IMG/VR virus record: IMGVR_UViG_3300033074_002123
Coordinates: 62,001 to 126,000 of that record
Strand: one strand, 5' to 3'
DNA length: 64,000 nucleotides
Source: an uncultured virus (IMG/VR IMGVR_UViG_3300033074_002123)
Lineage: Duplodnaviria; Heunggongvirae; Uroviricota; Caudoviricetes
The notes below the pieces were generated by a model, which saw only the letters and a program-made list of their open reading frames with translations, did not search any database and was not told the DNA's origin. Of this stretch, positions 37,466 to 48,600 are shown piece by piece (within the stretch, counting starts at the first letter, position 1; every line of letters begins with the position of its first letter). A program made the translations under genes and the position numbers.

Positions 37466-38059
37466 TTATTTTTTTTCTTTTTTAGATTTAATATCTTCTT
37501 CTCCTTCTTCAGAACTTATACCTTTAGAAAAATCAATCATGTGCATAATCACCCTATATTGTTCCATAGAAATATTAGGTGGGACTTGTTTTTCACTAAA
37601 AGTATAAAGTTTAATAGCAGCTGGTTCATCAAAATTTTCATTAAACTCTTTAATTTTAGTTTCATGAATATCAAAATGTTCTTTATGTTTCTTTTGAAGA
37701 GATTTAACCTCTTCATTAAACTGAAGAACATTAGTATTAATTAAAGGATTTCCTCTCCTATCTCTTAATACATTTTCATTTTCATCTTTATCAGCATACT
37801 TTATTTCAAGTTCTGCTAAATCTTTAAGATACCCATTTTTGTATTCTTCAGAAGGTTCAATAGTAGCAGTCAGAGATTTAATATATTTTTCAATCATATC
37901 TAAATTTCTGTTAGCTTCTCTTACAAAAATAAATCCAACTAACCCTTTTAACAATCCAAAATTGTCACGAATAAAATAACAATCACGATTAGTAAGAACC
38001 AATTCAGAAAAATCTTCTTGAGATGTTTCTTTTTTTACAGTAGTTTGTTTTGTTGTCAT
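37466..38059 (-). CDS. Hypothetical protein (possible fibre assembly chaperone)
   Basis: Charged helical 197 aa protein downstream of the fibre genes. Confidence 0.55.
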   Translation of the reverse strand: MTTKQTTVKKETSQEDFSELVLTNRDCYFIRDNFGLLKGLVGFIFVREANRNLDMIEKYIKSLTATIEPSEEYKNGYLKDLAELEIKYADKDENENVLRDRRGNPLINTNVLQFNEEVKSLQKKHKEHFDIHETKIKEFNENFDEPAAIKLYTFSEKQVPPNISMEQYRVIMHMIDFSKGISSEEGEEDIKSKKEKK

Positions 38060-38090
38060 AAATTTAAGTTTTAAAGTTTATAAATATTTT

Positions 38091-38561
38091 TTAAATTGAA
38101 AGGTCATTGATTGAATCCCCCATAAGATCAAAAGCTTGTATAGCAGCATTCTCACTTTTAAAAATAATACCACACTGGTCTACCCCTATTTGTTTTTTTA
38201 TTTCAAAATTTCCAACTTTCCCTGTAATGATATAACCCTCATTTTCATTATCATGATGATACACCCACCTATTTTCAAAAATAAAATTATCAAATTCTAT
38301 AGCATTAATATTATTAAAATAAAGTGCTAAACCATAAAATTTTACATAAGCCTTAAACTTATCTGTTGTTGGTTTGTTTGCCCCTACAGAAGGTAAGCAA
38401 GCTCCAACCTTCCCAAAAAGATAAGCATAAGTCAAAGTAATATTACTAAAAATTTCTATATTATTCCAAACAATATCAGGAATTTCTAATAAAGTTCTTT
38501 TCGCTTCAGTAAAAACTTTACCTTCTTTCCAATTTCCTAAATTAACTAATAGTTTTTTCAT
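38091..38561 (-). CDS. Hypothetical protein
   Basis: 156 aa ORF, ATGA-coupled to upstream gene. Confidence 0.6.
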   Translation of the reverse strand: MKKLLVNLGNWKEGKVFTEAKRTLLEIPDIVWNNIEIFSNITLTYAYLFGKVGACLPSVGANKPTTDKFKAYVKFYGLALYFNNINAIEFDNFIFENRWVYHHDNENEGYIITGKVGNFEIKKQIGVDQCGIIFKSENAAIQAFDLMGDSINDLSI

Positions 38562-39589
38562 TTGATTCCTAATAAGTTTTTAAGTTGTTGTTGATAAGTG
38601 TAAATTGGAGGGACCATCTCAATAGCATAATTTACTTTTATATCCCAATAAGTAGATAAACTATTATTTGGGATTTCAATTTCAATATTTTTATAACCTT
38701 GAATTTTTACTGCCAACCAATAGTCATCCATAACTGGAATCTGTTTTCTTATTCCATCCTGAACTATTTCCCAAGTAAACAAAAATCGAGAAGGAATAGT
38801 TTCAACTGTCCAACGATTTTCCTCTTTCCATGTTGTTAAACCCTCTTTTAATGGGTGAGTTTTATTCCAATATAGAATTTGCAAATTAGTATCTGCAATT
38901 AAAGAAGGAATAACTAACTCATTAGTTGGGAGCCCTTGAAAAACATAAGTCCCAAACAAATGAAATTTAGCTTTTAAAGCATCTTCATAATCCTGTCTAT
39001 CTTTTGCTCTCTTAATTTCATTATTGATATAGTCTGGATTATCCACAGTATAAGAATCCGGATCAGTACTAATTTTCCAATGTGTAAACCCCTGAGATAA
39101 AGCAATCACATATAACTGAGACAATGAAATTGCATTAGTAAACATATAATTTTTAGTTTCAGGCAAATATTTTCTAAGTATATAAAGATCTGAATCATTT
39201 GTTGGCATCACTTCCAAAAAAGCCTTATAATTACTATAAGTATTAGTTGGAGAACCAACATTAGGAGTTAGCTTCGGCAAAGTTGCTACCCAAGGCAAAT
39301 TTCCATCCGGTCCATAAATTGGATTATTTAAAATAGCATATGCTTCTTCTTTTGTATAATACCCTCCTTCAAGTTTAGGTAATTTCAAAGTAATTGGGGT
39401 TTTAGCTGGGAAATTAGGAGCTGGATGGTATTTAGGGAGACCATAAACAGAATCCATAATGACTGGAGAATTTCCATATCCTTTTGATATAGAAACATTT
39501 AAACTTACACTTCTTTTATAAAAAACTTGTGTGATTTTATTATCATCACCATCATAATAAATTCCATTAACTGTTCTTGAAGTTGCCAT
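38558..39589 (-). CDS. Hypothetical protein
   Basis: 343 aa ORF directly downstream of the longest fibre gene. Confidence 0.65.
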   Translation of the reverse strand: MATSRTVNGIYYDGDDNKITQVFYKRSVSLNVSISKGYGNSPVIMDSVYGLPKYHPAPNFPAKTPITLKLPKLEGGYYTKEEAYAILNNPIYGPDGNLPWVATLPKLTPNVGSPTNTYSNYKAFLEVMPTNDSDLYILRKYLPETKNYMFTNAISLSQLYVIALSQGFTHWKISTDPDSYTVDNPDYINNEIKRAKDRQDYEDALKAKFHLFGTYVFQGLPTNELVIPSLIADTNLQILYWNKTHPLKEGLTTWKEENRWTVETIPSRFLFTWEIVQDGIRKQIPVMDDYWLAVKIQGYKNIEIEIPNNSLSTYWDIKVNYAIEMVPPIYTYQQQLKNLLGIK

Positions 39590-39615
39590 ATTTATATTTT
39601 TTTAATTGTTAAATA

Positions 39616-42600
39616 TTACTCAATCCATATAACTCCACTCATTAGTACGGAAGAACCACTTACACTCAAAGTTGGTACATCAACTTTTATTTCTAAATAT
39701 TGCCCAGCAGTAACTGAAATATTTAAACTAGTATTACTAAAAGTTTGTGGAGTATTATAGTTTGCTACAGAACCAACTTGAGTAAAACTATTATTTACTC
39801 CTATTGATACTACTAAATTTCCAGATGTATAAGTTCCATTAGTCCTTTGAAACCTTATATAAACCTTTTTAATTGTTCCAGCCTTTGGAACGATTAAACT
39901 CTGATAAGTTCCTTGGCCAGTATATTGACCTACTGAAAATTTATCTGCAAAATAATAAGTTGTACCTGAAGAATGTGTTGAAGAAGCTGCTTCACACTGC
40001 AAACTATACCCTCTTGAAACAACTGCATTATATATGGCTGCTGACGTAGCAAAAGCATTATCTGAACTTGATAGACCTTCTGATGCATTTTGAATATTGT
40101 TTATAGTCTCCCCATTCATTTGAATAACATCCACATAAAGATTATTCCAACTATAACTTGCGGCCCCTAAATCTATTGTTTTATTTCCTCCTGGAGAGAC
40201 AGCAGAAGCTGTATAACCAAATATAGCACTTGAACCCCTATAAAAAGTTGTTACTCCATTTGCATTTTTTATTATTGTATCTTGCCCAGCAGAAGCTGCT
40301 ATATCTGTTAATTTTAAATATGGATAATAACCTGACTTTGAAGTAATTTCAATACCACTATCTGCATTAGCTATACCAGCTATATAAATATTATCTGCTA
40401 TGTAAGCTTTATTCCACCTATTAGATGCCCCACCTAAAACTGCTCCAGCATCAGATGTAGGATAAACAGCTGTAGAACTAAATGAATAAATAGATGTAGT
40501 GCCTACCTTAAAATTACCAATACTTGTTAATGCTTCTACAACTATAGAACTTTGGCTAGCTTGAGAAAGTTTTAATTGAGCTGCATATGAAGCATGGGAC
40601 TTAAATTCAGCATAAGTTATTGCTGTTGTTGAAGTTGCATCTAATTCTAAAACTTGACTACCATAAATTGACCCCCATCTATATGAAGAAGAACCTAATG
40701 ATGCACCACCAGAAGATGCTGGTTTCCATATTGCTCCATCCCAAATAGCTGAACCTGAGTTTGTAGTAAAATAAATGTCAGTATAACCATAAATATTTAA
40801 TCTATTAGCTTGAGCTGAATAAATATTACTATTTGTATCCCTAAAATTAGCTGCTTTATTTGTATCAAAAAGAGCATTACTATAAAATCTTATTGAACCT
40901 TGAGTAGCATGAGCAGTAGCATAAAAATCTAAATTCTCATTAGCTGCCGAACCACCTTTTAATACTTGTCCTCCTGACCTTCCTGCTAACAAAGCATATT
41001 GAGTATGGTCATCATCAGACAAACCCGATAAATTTCCATGATCTTCTGCTGAAATAGCAGCATAAGTAATCTCTCCTGTAGTTGAATTATAGTAAAGAAC
41101 ATTAGTGGTACTTCCAGTCCCAAAACCTCCAGAATCTATAAAGATTTTTCCATCATAAGTTACCCAAAACCTTGCTCTTAAATCTTTAGTATCTGCTGTC
41201 CATAACTCAATACCACCACATTTATTATTATAATCAGTATTTCTTCCTACAATAGCAGAATAAGGTGTAGAACCTCCTCCTCCAAAAAATGCTAATGATG
41301 AATAATTGTCTGTTGTTTCTGATAAATTATTTAGCACAATATGATTTAATGTCCCATCATATGTTGTATCTGAATTATTAACAATAGTAGATAAAACTGA
41401 ATCTTGGGTTAGACTAGCTCCTGTTAAAGTAAGAAGTGTTCCAGCATTACTTCCATGGTCTATAGTTTGTACCCCAGCCACTACAAATGTTGACCCAGTC
41501 CAAGTAAAATTAGAATCTCCTTCAATGGTGTCTGCATCTGTCCAAACAGCTATTTGGTTATCTACTGGAGTACCTGAAATGGTAACAGTACCAGTATAAG
41601 CCGAACCATAAGTTATTTCTCCTGTAGAAGTATTATAATACAAAGCACTACTTGTAATACCATCATTTAACGACCTTACATAGTATTGTATGTCACTACT
41701 TCCTCCATTTCTTATTTTTACAGCTTCATAAAGTTGTCCCCCTCCTCCTGTTATCCAAATCCAAAATGAAAGATGACCATTATGACTTGTTCCATTTGAG
41801 CCACCTACAATAGCAGCCATTGCTTTATTTTCATATGAATCACCAAAACCTATTGCTGTATAAGTTCCTGCTGAGGCATAACTATTCCACAACGCCAAAT
41901 TATAAATTGTATTATCAAATGCTGCATTATCATACATTGTTAATCTAGTTATAGCACCTGAAGTAAAAGTATCATCACCTTTTATATCTGCTATTATTCC
42001 AGAACTTGCAGTAGTATGATTAACTGTAAATGTAGCGTCTGTTATTGTAAATGCAGTTTCATCAAAGGTTAATTGTGAATCTCCTTCAATAGTTGTTGAA
42101 TCTCTCCAAACTGCTATTTGATTATTAGCTGGAGTGCCATAATTAGAAACATTACCTCCACCAACTGAACCTAAAGTTAACCAAGTAGCTCCATTATATC
42201 CTCTAAAATTAGAACCATTCCACTCAATAGTACCAGCATCTGGCGAAGACTTTGTAGAAGCCCCCATTTTTATAGCGCCTCCAGTTACAAAGGATTCATA
42301 AGATGTTGAACCCGTAGCTGTTACTTCTAATCTTCCAGTTATAAAAGCATTATAACCTATAGCTATATCCCCCGCAGCGTCAATATTCAATACATTAGCC
42401 GCAGAATTAAGTACAATATTTATAACGTCTAAAGAGTTACCATTATCTCTTATTTTGAACCCAGCAGAAGTTGCTTTAAATTTCCAATCTGAAGCTCCAG
42501 ACTCATCATACATTCTAAACGCTGCTCCCCCGGTTCCACCCGTATTATGAGCATAAAACATTGGCTCACTACCTGTATATACAACTTCTAATAACGGCCC

Positions 42601-44895
42601 ATTTATTTTTACATAATTATTATCAAACTCCCCGTAAATTAACGGAGACGTAGAATTTGAATTTTCAATATATAATTTATTACTTCCTGTCTCCGAATAC
42701 CCAGCCTGGTAACCTATAAAAACATTACTTGCTCCCGTAGAGTTTGTATAACCAGCCCCTGCACCAACGAAAACATTATAATTTCCAATGGTATTATACC
42801 CAGAACTGTATCCAAGAGACACATTATAGTCTCCCCCTATTTTGTATAAAGACCTAAAACCAACACCTACATTTCCATTTCCATCATTTGCTGTGGCATC
42901 AGTAATACCTATTGAACCCGCTTCATAGCCTATTAAAACATTATAAGTCACACTTGTGGTATAACCTAACTTATATCCGGCTCTATAACCTATAGCTACA
43001 TTCCCAGCAAAAGAGCCTGTAGTAAAACCAGCCGCAAGAAGCGCTTGATGACCAATCCCAATATTATAACTTATCGCGATTGTATTGGTCATCCCCGTAT
43101 TATAAAGACTTTGATAACCTAAAATAATATTTGCAGTTGAGTTTGATGGGATATTAAAGCAAGTATGACCTCCTACTGCAATATTATAACTAGTAGAAAA
43201 AGCTGGGGTATTAGAAACAAGTCTATTTGAGTTTGTCCCTATACCCACATTACCAGAACCATTATTATAAGCTCCAGCAGCATAATTAATATAAATATTA
43301 CCAGAACCAGTGGTGTTTGAAGACGCGGCTGAAAGCCCTATTGCTACATTTTCTTCTCCAGTAGTATTAGCTATTAGAGCTCCATAACCCAACCCAATCA
43401 ACGATTGTCCTGAAGTATTATTTATTCCTACGTTTTTACCAAAAAATGTATTGTAATCATCTGAATATAAATAATCAGAACCTCCTATCTTCATAGCTCC
43501 TGCCGACTTATTAGGTGCACGATAAGTCCTATAATTTTGGTCTGGAGTTAACGTACCTGTGTCAGTCCATGTGGTGGTTGTATTATCATTAATTTCATAA
43601 AGTTTATAACATAAATAATAAGCACCTCCTACTTCAGTACGCATTATCCACCGTTTTGTTACCCTCTTATCAGTAGAAGTAGCAATACCTGATAAAGAAA
43701 CTGAACTGTTAGCTGAAACAGTAATAGTCATATTAGCTCCATTATCAATAGTTGCACCACACATTCTACCCTCATAATCAACGAAAACAACATTATAATA
43801 ATAAGTTCCCGCTGCTAAAGTTCCTCCACCTAAATTTTCTGATAAGGACAATGTATCTAATTCTGCTGATGTAGGAGGACGAACAGCTTCAAAATTTATA
43901 TTTCCTCCTATATTTAAAGTTTCATCATAAGACGTTGCCGTTGATGGTATATAACCAAGCTCTAATTTCCCATTACTTGAAGTATTAACTCTAAAAATAT
44001 TACTTGTTCCATCTGTAATGCCAAATGTTGTCCCCGTCCAAGTAAGTTTAGCATCACCCTCTACTGTATCTGCATCTGTAAAAACAGCTATTTGGTTATC
44101 TACTGGAGTACCTGAAACATTTACCCAACCTTGAGTAGACTGACTTATTGCAGTATAAACAGCTGCTGAAGTAGGTATATGAGCTGCATCATTTGTAAGA
44201 GAAGATTCTATTTCATGAACAGTTGAACCAGAAGTAAGAGTTAAAGAATCTATATAAGCTGTACCATCTACATATAAATCCTTCCATTGATAAGAAACTC
44301 CTCCTAAATCATAGGTATTATTAACTGTTGGAATAAGATTACAAGCAATATCAAAATCACCTGCCTTAAGGATTGCCCTAATAACATTACTAACACCAAA
44401 ATAAATTTTACTATCCCCTGCAGTAATAAATAAATCTACTCCATTCCCATCTAACCTTGCCTTACCTGCTTGAGAAACAGAATCATAATTTGAATTATAA
44501 GTTGATGAAAACGCATATAAATTAGCCCCTTTATCAGCATCATTTCTAACTTCAAGAAAGGAATAATAACCAATACCTGCAGAAGTAGAATCAATTAGAA
44601 TTTTAGAGTTTCGACTATCTGTAACTATTAAAGTTGACCCATCATAAACCAATTTTGTTGTCCCCTCAATTGTATCTGCATCAGTCCATACGGCTATTTG
44701 ATTATCAACTGGGGTACCTGATAAATTAACCCAACCTGTCCCCATCTGTAATCTTGAAGCAGTACCACTTGTATCTATATCATACCAACCATCAGTTCTT
44801 GCCTCTAATCTTCTATAACCTGTAGAAGCAGCTCCTGCATTACTAACAATTAAGGCTTCTAAACCTTTTTGGAATTTAGCATTATAAACAGACAT
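39616..44895 (-). CDS. Long tail-fibre/adhesin-like protein
   Basis: 1759 aa, G/S/T/N-rich; four GTPxxNQIAV modules; N(x)AIG..A repeats like YadA-head/beta-roll fibres. Confidence 0.8.
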   Translation of the reverse strand: MSVYNAKFQKGLEALIVSNAGAASTGYRRLEARTDGWYDIDTSGTASRLQMGTGWVNLSGTPVDNQIAVWTDADTIEGTTKLVYDGSTLIVTDSRNSKILIDSTSAGIGYYSFLEVRNDADKGANLYAFSSTYNSNYDSVSQAGKARLDGNGVDLFITAGDSKIYFGVSNVIRAILKAGDFDIACNLIPTVNNTYDLGGVSYQWKDLYVDGTAYIDSLTLTSGSTVHEIESSLTNDAAHIPTSAAVYTAISQSTQGWVNVSGTPVDNQIAVFTDADTVEGDAKLTWTGTTFGITDGTSNIFRVNTSSNGKLELGYIPSTATSYDETLNIGGNINFEAVRPPTSAELDTLSLSENLGGGTLAAGTYYYNVVFVDYEGRMCGATIDNGANMTITVSANSSVSLSGIATSTDKRVTKRWIMRTEVGGAYYLCYKLYEINDNTTTTWTDTGTLTPDQNYRTYRAPNKSAGAMKIGGSDYLYSDDYNTFFGKNVGINNTSGQSLIGLGYGALIANTTGEENVAIGLSAASSNTTGSGNIYINYAAGAYNNGSGNVGIGTNSNRLVSNTPAFSTSYNIAVGGHTCFNIPSNSTANIILGYQSLYNTGMTNTIAISYNIGIGHQALLAAGFTTGSFAGNVAIGYRAGYKLGYTTSVTYNVLIGYEAGSIGITDATANDGNGNVGVGFRSLYKIGGDYNVSLGYSSGYNTIGNYNVFVGAGAGYTNSTGASNVFIGYQAGYSETGSNKLYIENSNSTSPLIYGEFDNNYVKINGPLLEVVYTGSEPMFYAHNTGGTGGAAFRMYDESGASDWKFKATSAGFKIRDNGNSLDVINIVLNSAANVLNIDAAGDIAIGYNAFITGRLEVTATGSTSYESFVTGGAIKMGASTKSSPDAGTIEWNGSNFRGYNGATWLTLGSVGGGNVSNYGTPANNQIAVWRDSTTIEGDSQLTFDETAFTITDATFTVNHTTASSGIIADIKGDDTFTSGAITRLTMYDNAAFDNTIYNLALWNSYASAGTYTAIGFGDSYENKAMAAIVGGSNGTSHNGHLSFWIWITGGGGQLYEAVKIRNGGSSDIQYYVRSLNDGITSSALYYNTSTGEITYGSAYTGTVTISGTPVDNQIAVWTDADTIEGDSNFTWTGSTFVVAGVQTIDHGSNAGTLLTLTGASLTQDSVLSTIVNNSDTTYDGTLNHIVLNNLSETTDNYSSLAFFGGGGSTPYSAIVGRNTDYNNKCGGIELWTADTKDLRARFWVTYDGKIFIDSGGFGTGSTTNVLYYNSTTGEITYAAISAEDHGNLSGLSDDDHTQYALLAGRSGGQVLKGGSAANENLDFYATAHATQGSIRFYSNALFDTNKAANFRDTNSNIYSAQANRLNIYGYTDIYFTTNSGSAIWDGAIWKPASSGGASLGSSSYRWGSIYGSQVLELDATSTTAITYAEFKSHASYAAQLKLSQASQSSIVVEALTSIGNFKVGTTSIYSFSSTAVYPTSDAGAVLGGASNRWNKAYIADNIYIAGIANADSGIEITSKSGYYPYLKLTDIAASAGQDTIIKNANGVTTFYRGSSAIFGYTASAVSPGGNKTIDLGAASYSWNNLYVDVIQMNGETINNIQNASEGLSSSDNAFATSAAIYNAVVSRGYSLQCEAASSTHSSGTTYYFADKFSVGQYTGQGTYQSLIVPKAGTIKKVYIRFQRTNGTYTSGNLVVSIGVNNSFTQVGSVANYNTPQTFSNTSLNISVTAGQYLEIKVDVPTLSVSGSSVLMSGVIWIE
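41544..41579. repeat. 36-bp exact direct repeat, copy 1
   Basis: aaacagctatttggttatctactggagtacctgaaa, identical to 44082-44117. Confidence 0.9.
44082..44117. repeat. 36-bp exact direct repeat, copy 2
   Basis: Identical to 41544-41579; encodes SGTPVDNQIAV on the minus strand. Confidence 0.9.
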
Positions 44896-44898
44896 ACC

Positions 44899-45354
44899 TT
44901 ATTGAGCAACAGCAAATATTGTTATTCCAATCAACCCTAAAATTGAAGCTCCTAAAGCTATTTTCAATACTTTATTCTGCTTCTTATAATATTTGAGTTT
45001 ATCTTCATTTAACCCAATTTCTTGAGTTTTTAAAACAATTTTTTGATTCAAAGTATTTATTTCTAAATTTTTCAAATCTAAAATTGAAGTAAGATCTTTA
45101 ATTTGATTAGTTTGAAGAAGGGATTTATCTTCCCATTGTTCTATCAACTTTTCAAGAGAAGCTATTGTTTCTTTAGATTCTTCATAAAAAACAAAAATTT
45201 TATTAGCTTCTCTTAAACGCCAAAAAGGAATAATAAAGTTAGTATCTCCATTAAGGACAATCACCAAGTTGCTCGGTGGTGTCTGTATAGGTTGTGAAAA
45301 AGTTATAAGTCCCAATAGCATCAAAACTACCAATAGTACGATATATTTTTTCAT
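44899..45354 (-). CDS. Membrane coiled-coil protein, spanin-like
   Basis: N-terminal signal peptide, coiled coil, C-terminal hydrophobic segment; 5' end overlaps upstream gene by 104 nt. Confidence 0.55.
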   Translation of the reverse strand: MKKYIVLLVVLMLLGLITFSQPIQTPPSNLVIVLNGDTNFIIPFWRLREANKIFVFYEESKETIASLEKLIEQWEDKSLLQTNQIKDLTSILDLKNLEINTLNQKIVLKTQEIGLNEDKLKYYKKQNKVLKIALGASILGLIGITIFAVAQ

Positions 45355-45634
45355 ACTTCTTTTTAATTTTAGTCATATCCAATTCAATACTGCTAATAAT
45401 AGAATCTTTAGCTTGTATTTCTTTATTTCTTTCTTCTACAATGCTTGATAAAGAATCAGCCTTAGTTTGATAAGCTTTAATTTTAATATCAAGTTGTTTA
45501 TATTCTTGTTCTATTCTCTTAGTTTCACTCTTCCAAAATCCCTTATTTTTATGTGCACTAAAAAGAAACACACATACAATAACTAATAAAACACAAACTA
45601 AAACAAATCCAAATTTGTAATATTTATCTTTCAT
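45251..45634 (-). CDS. Inner-membrane coiled-coil protein, i-spanin-like
   Basis: Single N-terminal TM helix followed by heptad coiled coil. Confidence 0.55.
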   Translation of the reverse strand: MKDKYYKFGFVLVCVLLVIVCVFLFSAHKNKGFWKSETKRIEQEYKQLDIKIKAYQTKADSLSSIVEERNKEIQAKDSIISSIELDMTKIKKKYEKIYRTIGSFDAIGTYNFFTTYTDTTEQLGDCP

Positions 45635-45640
45635 ACAATT

Positions 45641-48600
45641 TTAAGTTGCAGTTATTCTCATTGCTTCAACATAAGTTGGAGTAATAGCAGTACATCTTTC
45701 AAATACTAACTCCTCACCTGAAACATACCATCTCCAAGTTCCTACAGCTCCTGGAGCTCCTATATAAAAATAGGAAGTACTAGCTAATTGAAGATTGGCT
45801 GAAATTGTTTGTGAACCAGTTAAAGCAAGAGTTGTACCATCAAATTGTAAATTAGCTTCAGCATTTAAAGCATCTGTTGTTCCTGTTGCAGTTATTATCC
45901 TATTATCTGCTTGATTTGCTACTGAAACTGCAGAAGCTCCATTTAAAACCCAAGAAGTATTACCATTACCATCAGTCTTTAAAACATAACCATCAGTTCC
46001 AGCATTTGCTGGCAATTTCATTGTCCATGAACCAGCTGCATCTGCTACTGATAAATTAACTTTACCTGAAGTAGTTCCACTTAATGCTAAAATACCTGTT
46101 CCTGCTGTTGCAAGGCCTAAAGTCATAGTAGAACCTGAAAATAAAAATGTACTTGCACTTGTTAAGGCATTACCAGTTGTCCAGTAGGCAACTCTTCCTG
46201 AAGTTCCTGAACCTAAAGCAACCTGTGACCATTGCAAAGTACCTGCACCATCAGAAGTAGTAAGAGCATAACTAGTTGTACCTCCAGTTGCTGGTAAAGT
46301 CATTGTCCAAGTACCAGCTGTTGCTGCTACTGTAATCCCTACTGTGCCACTTGTATTACCTTTTAACTCTAATTTTCCAGTCCCACCTGTTGCCAAACCT
46401 AAAGTAAGTACTGCAGAAGCATAAACAAAAGAAGCAGAACCAGTAACAGCATTACTTGCCCCCCAATAGGCAACTTGCGTATTTGAACCAGAACCATAAG
46501 GAACTTGTGTCCATGTAGTGGTACCTGAACCATTTGTTGTTAAAGCATATTTATCTGTACCTGCTGTAGTAGGTAAAGTCATTGTCCAAGTACCTGCTGC
46601 AGCTGCAACAGTAACACTAACTGTACCTGAAGTATTTCCCTTAACTGCTAAAATACCTGTACCACCTGAAGCAGCACCAATTGTTAATGTTGGAGAAATC
46701 CAAGTAAAACTATTAGAACCTGCTATTGTATTTGTACCAGAACCATAAGCTACTTGAGTTGAAGCAATAGAACCACCTATAGTAGCTGTAGATGTTAAAC
46801 TTACCCAACCACTCTTATAACCTTCAAAATCTGTACCTGTCCATCTAATAGTTCCATTAGTGGGAGTTGGAGTTATAGAAGAAGTTCCTAAAATAATTGC
46901 CCCACTTAAAGTTAAAGCTTCATGAGTAGAATCTCCTGCTCCTGCAAATGTAGCATACCCCGCTGCAAAAGTATATTTAACAGTATCTGTTGGGTAATAA
47001 ATACCTAAAATATCATCACTTACTTCTTTAATATAGGTATCAGCATCTCCCCAAAGCAATTTATTTCCTAAAGTAGCAATCTTAATATCACCACTAGTAA
47101 CAGTTAAAATATTAGAACCATAAGTTAAATTTGCACTATTAGTTAAATAAGTACCATCAGCAGTAACAATTCTACCTGTTCCAGTCCAAACTGTATTTTG
47201 AGTTAAACCAGAATAAGCAGCTGAAGTTAAATGATAATATTCAGCTGTAGTACCTCCTTGTATATTAGCTAAATCATTGTGATTGTAAACCCCAATCATT
47301 TTAACCCAATTGGTACCATTAAAAATGTAAACAACATCTTCATCTTCTACCCATGCTGCAAAACCCTCATTTGGTACTGTATAAACCCATGCTGAACTTA
47401 TATATTCAGCAATTTGATTATTTTTCCCAACCCAAACACCTGTTGGAGAAGTACCTACTATATAACGATCACCTTCTGCAGGTGATCCTGGAGGTGGATT
47501 AAGAATGTCTTTAACTGAATCTTGCCAATCAATACCTGGAGAAACAACTAAACTATTAACATAATCAGCAACTGCTTTAGAAGTAGGAACTAATGTATTT
47601 GAAGAAGCTGTTAAAGTAGTTTCAAAAGAAGTAATAGTAGCCCCTGTTGCTAAGGTCAAAGAATCAATATTAGCTGTTCCATCAATCCATAAATCCTTGA
47701 ATTCATTAGAAGAACCTCCTAAACTAACAGTATCATCAGATGCTGGTAAGAGAGCATTAGTAGCAGTAGTATCAAAAGATAGCCAACCTGAACCATTTTC
47801 TAAAATTCTCAAAGTTTTATCAGTAGCTACACTAATATCTAAATTACCTGTTGAAGGAGAAGTAATATAAGCTGTTGCTCCTCCAAATTCAATATTCTTT
47901 GTTGACTTAATTCTTACTGCATCTGTAGCTGAAACTAATTCAACATACCCTGTTTGTTGTTGCCATAACCCTGCCCCTCCTGGCAAGGACCCATAAACTA
48001 TTTCTTTTGTAGAAGTATTATAATAAAGAACATTTGTTTCTGATGATTGAGCCGATATAGTATTAGCAAATAAACTACCATCAGGATCAATTTTAAATCT
48101 TTGTAAAAATCCACCAGCATCACCTGTCATAAAAACCAAACTACCATAATCATTTGTTTGGTCAGTACAATAAGAAACTATAGCTGCATGCTCACTACCA
48201 GCTGACCCAATAAAACCAATTGAAGTATAATTACCTGTTGTATTATTTGTGTTACCAAGCTCAATATTATTTAAACCTCTAGCATAAGTTGTAGCTGTAT
48301 TAGTGGTTTGAGCTGCAATAATGGCACCTGCTGCTTTATCTGAAGTAAATCTAGCTAAATAACCAGAACCATCAGATGTTTTAGAAAGAACCATAGTACC
48401 TACTATAGTATGAGCAGAACCATCCCAAGTAAAATTGGCATCTCCTTCTATAGTAGAAGCTGTTTTCCATATAGCAATTTGATTATCTACTGGAGTTCCA
48501 TAAATTCCTACTGTTCCAGAACCAAGTCTAGTTGCTACACCAGCATCATCAACATCATACCAACCATCAGTACGAGCTTCCAACCTTCTATAACCAGAGG

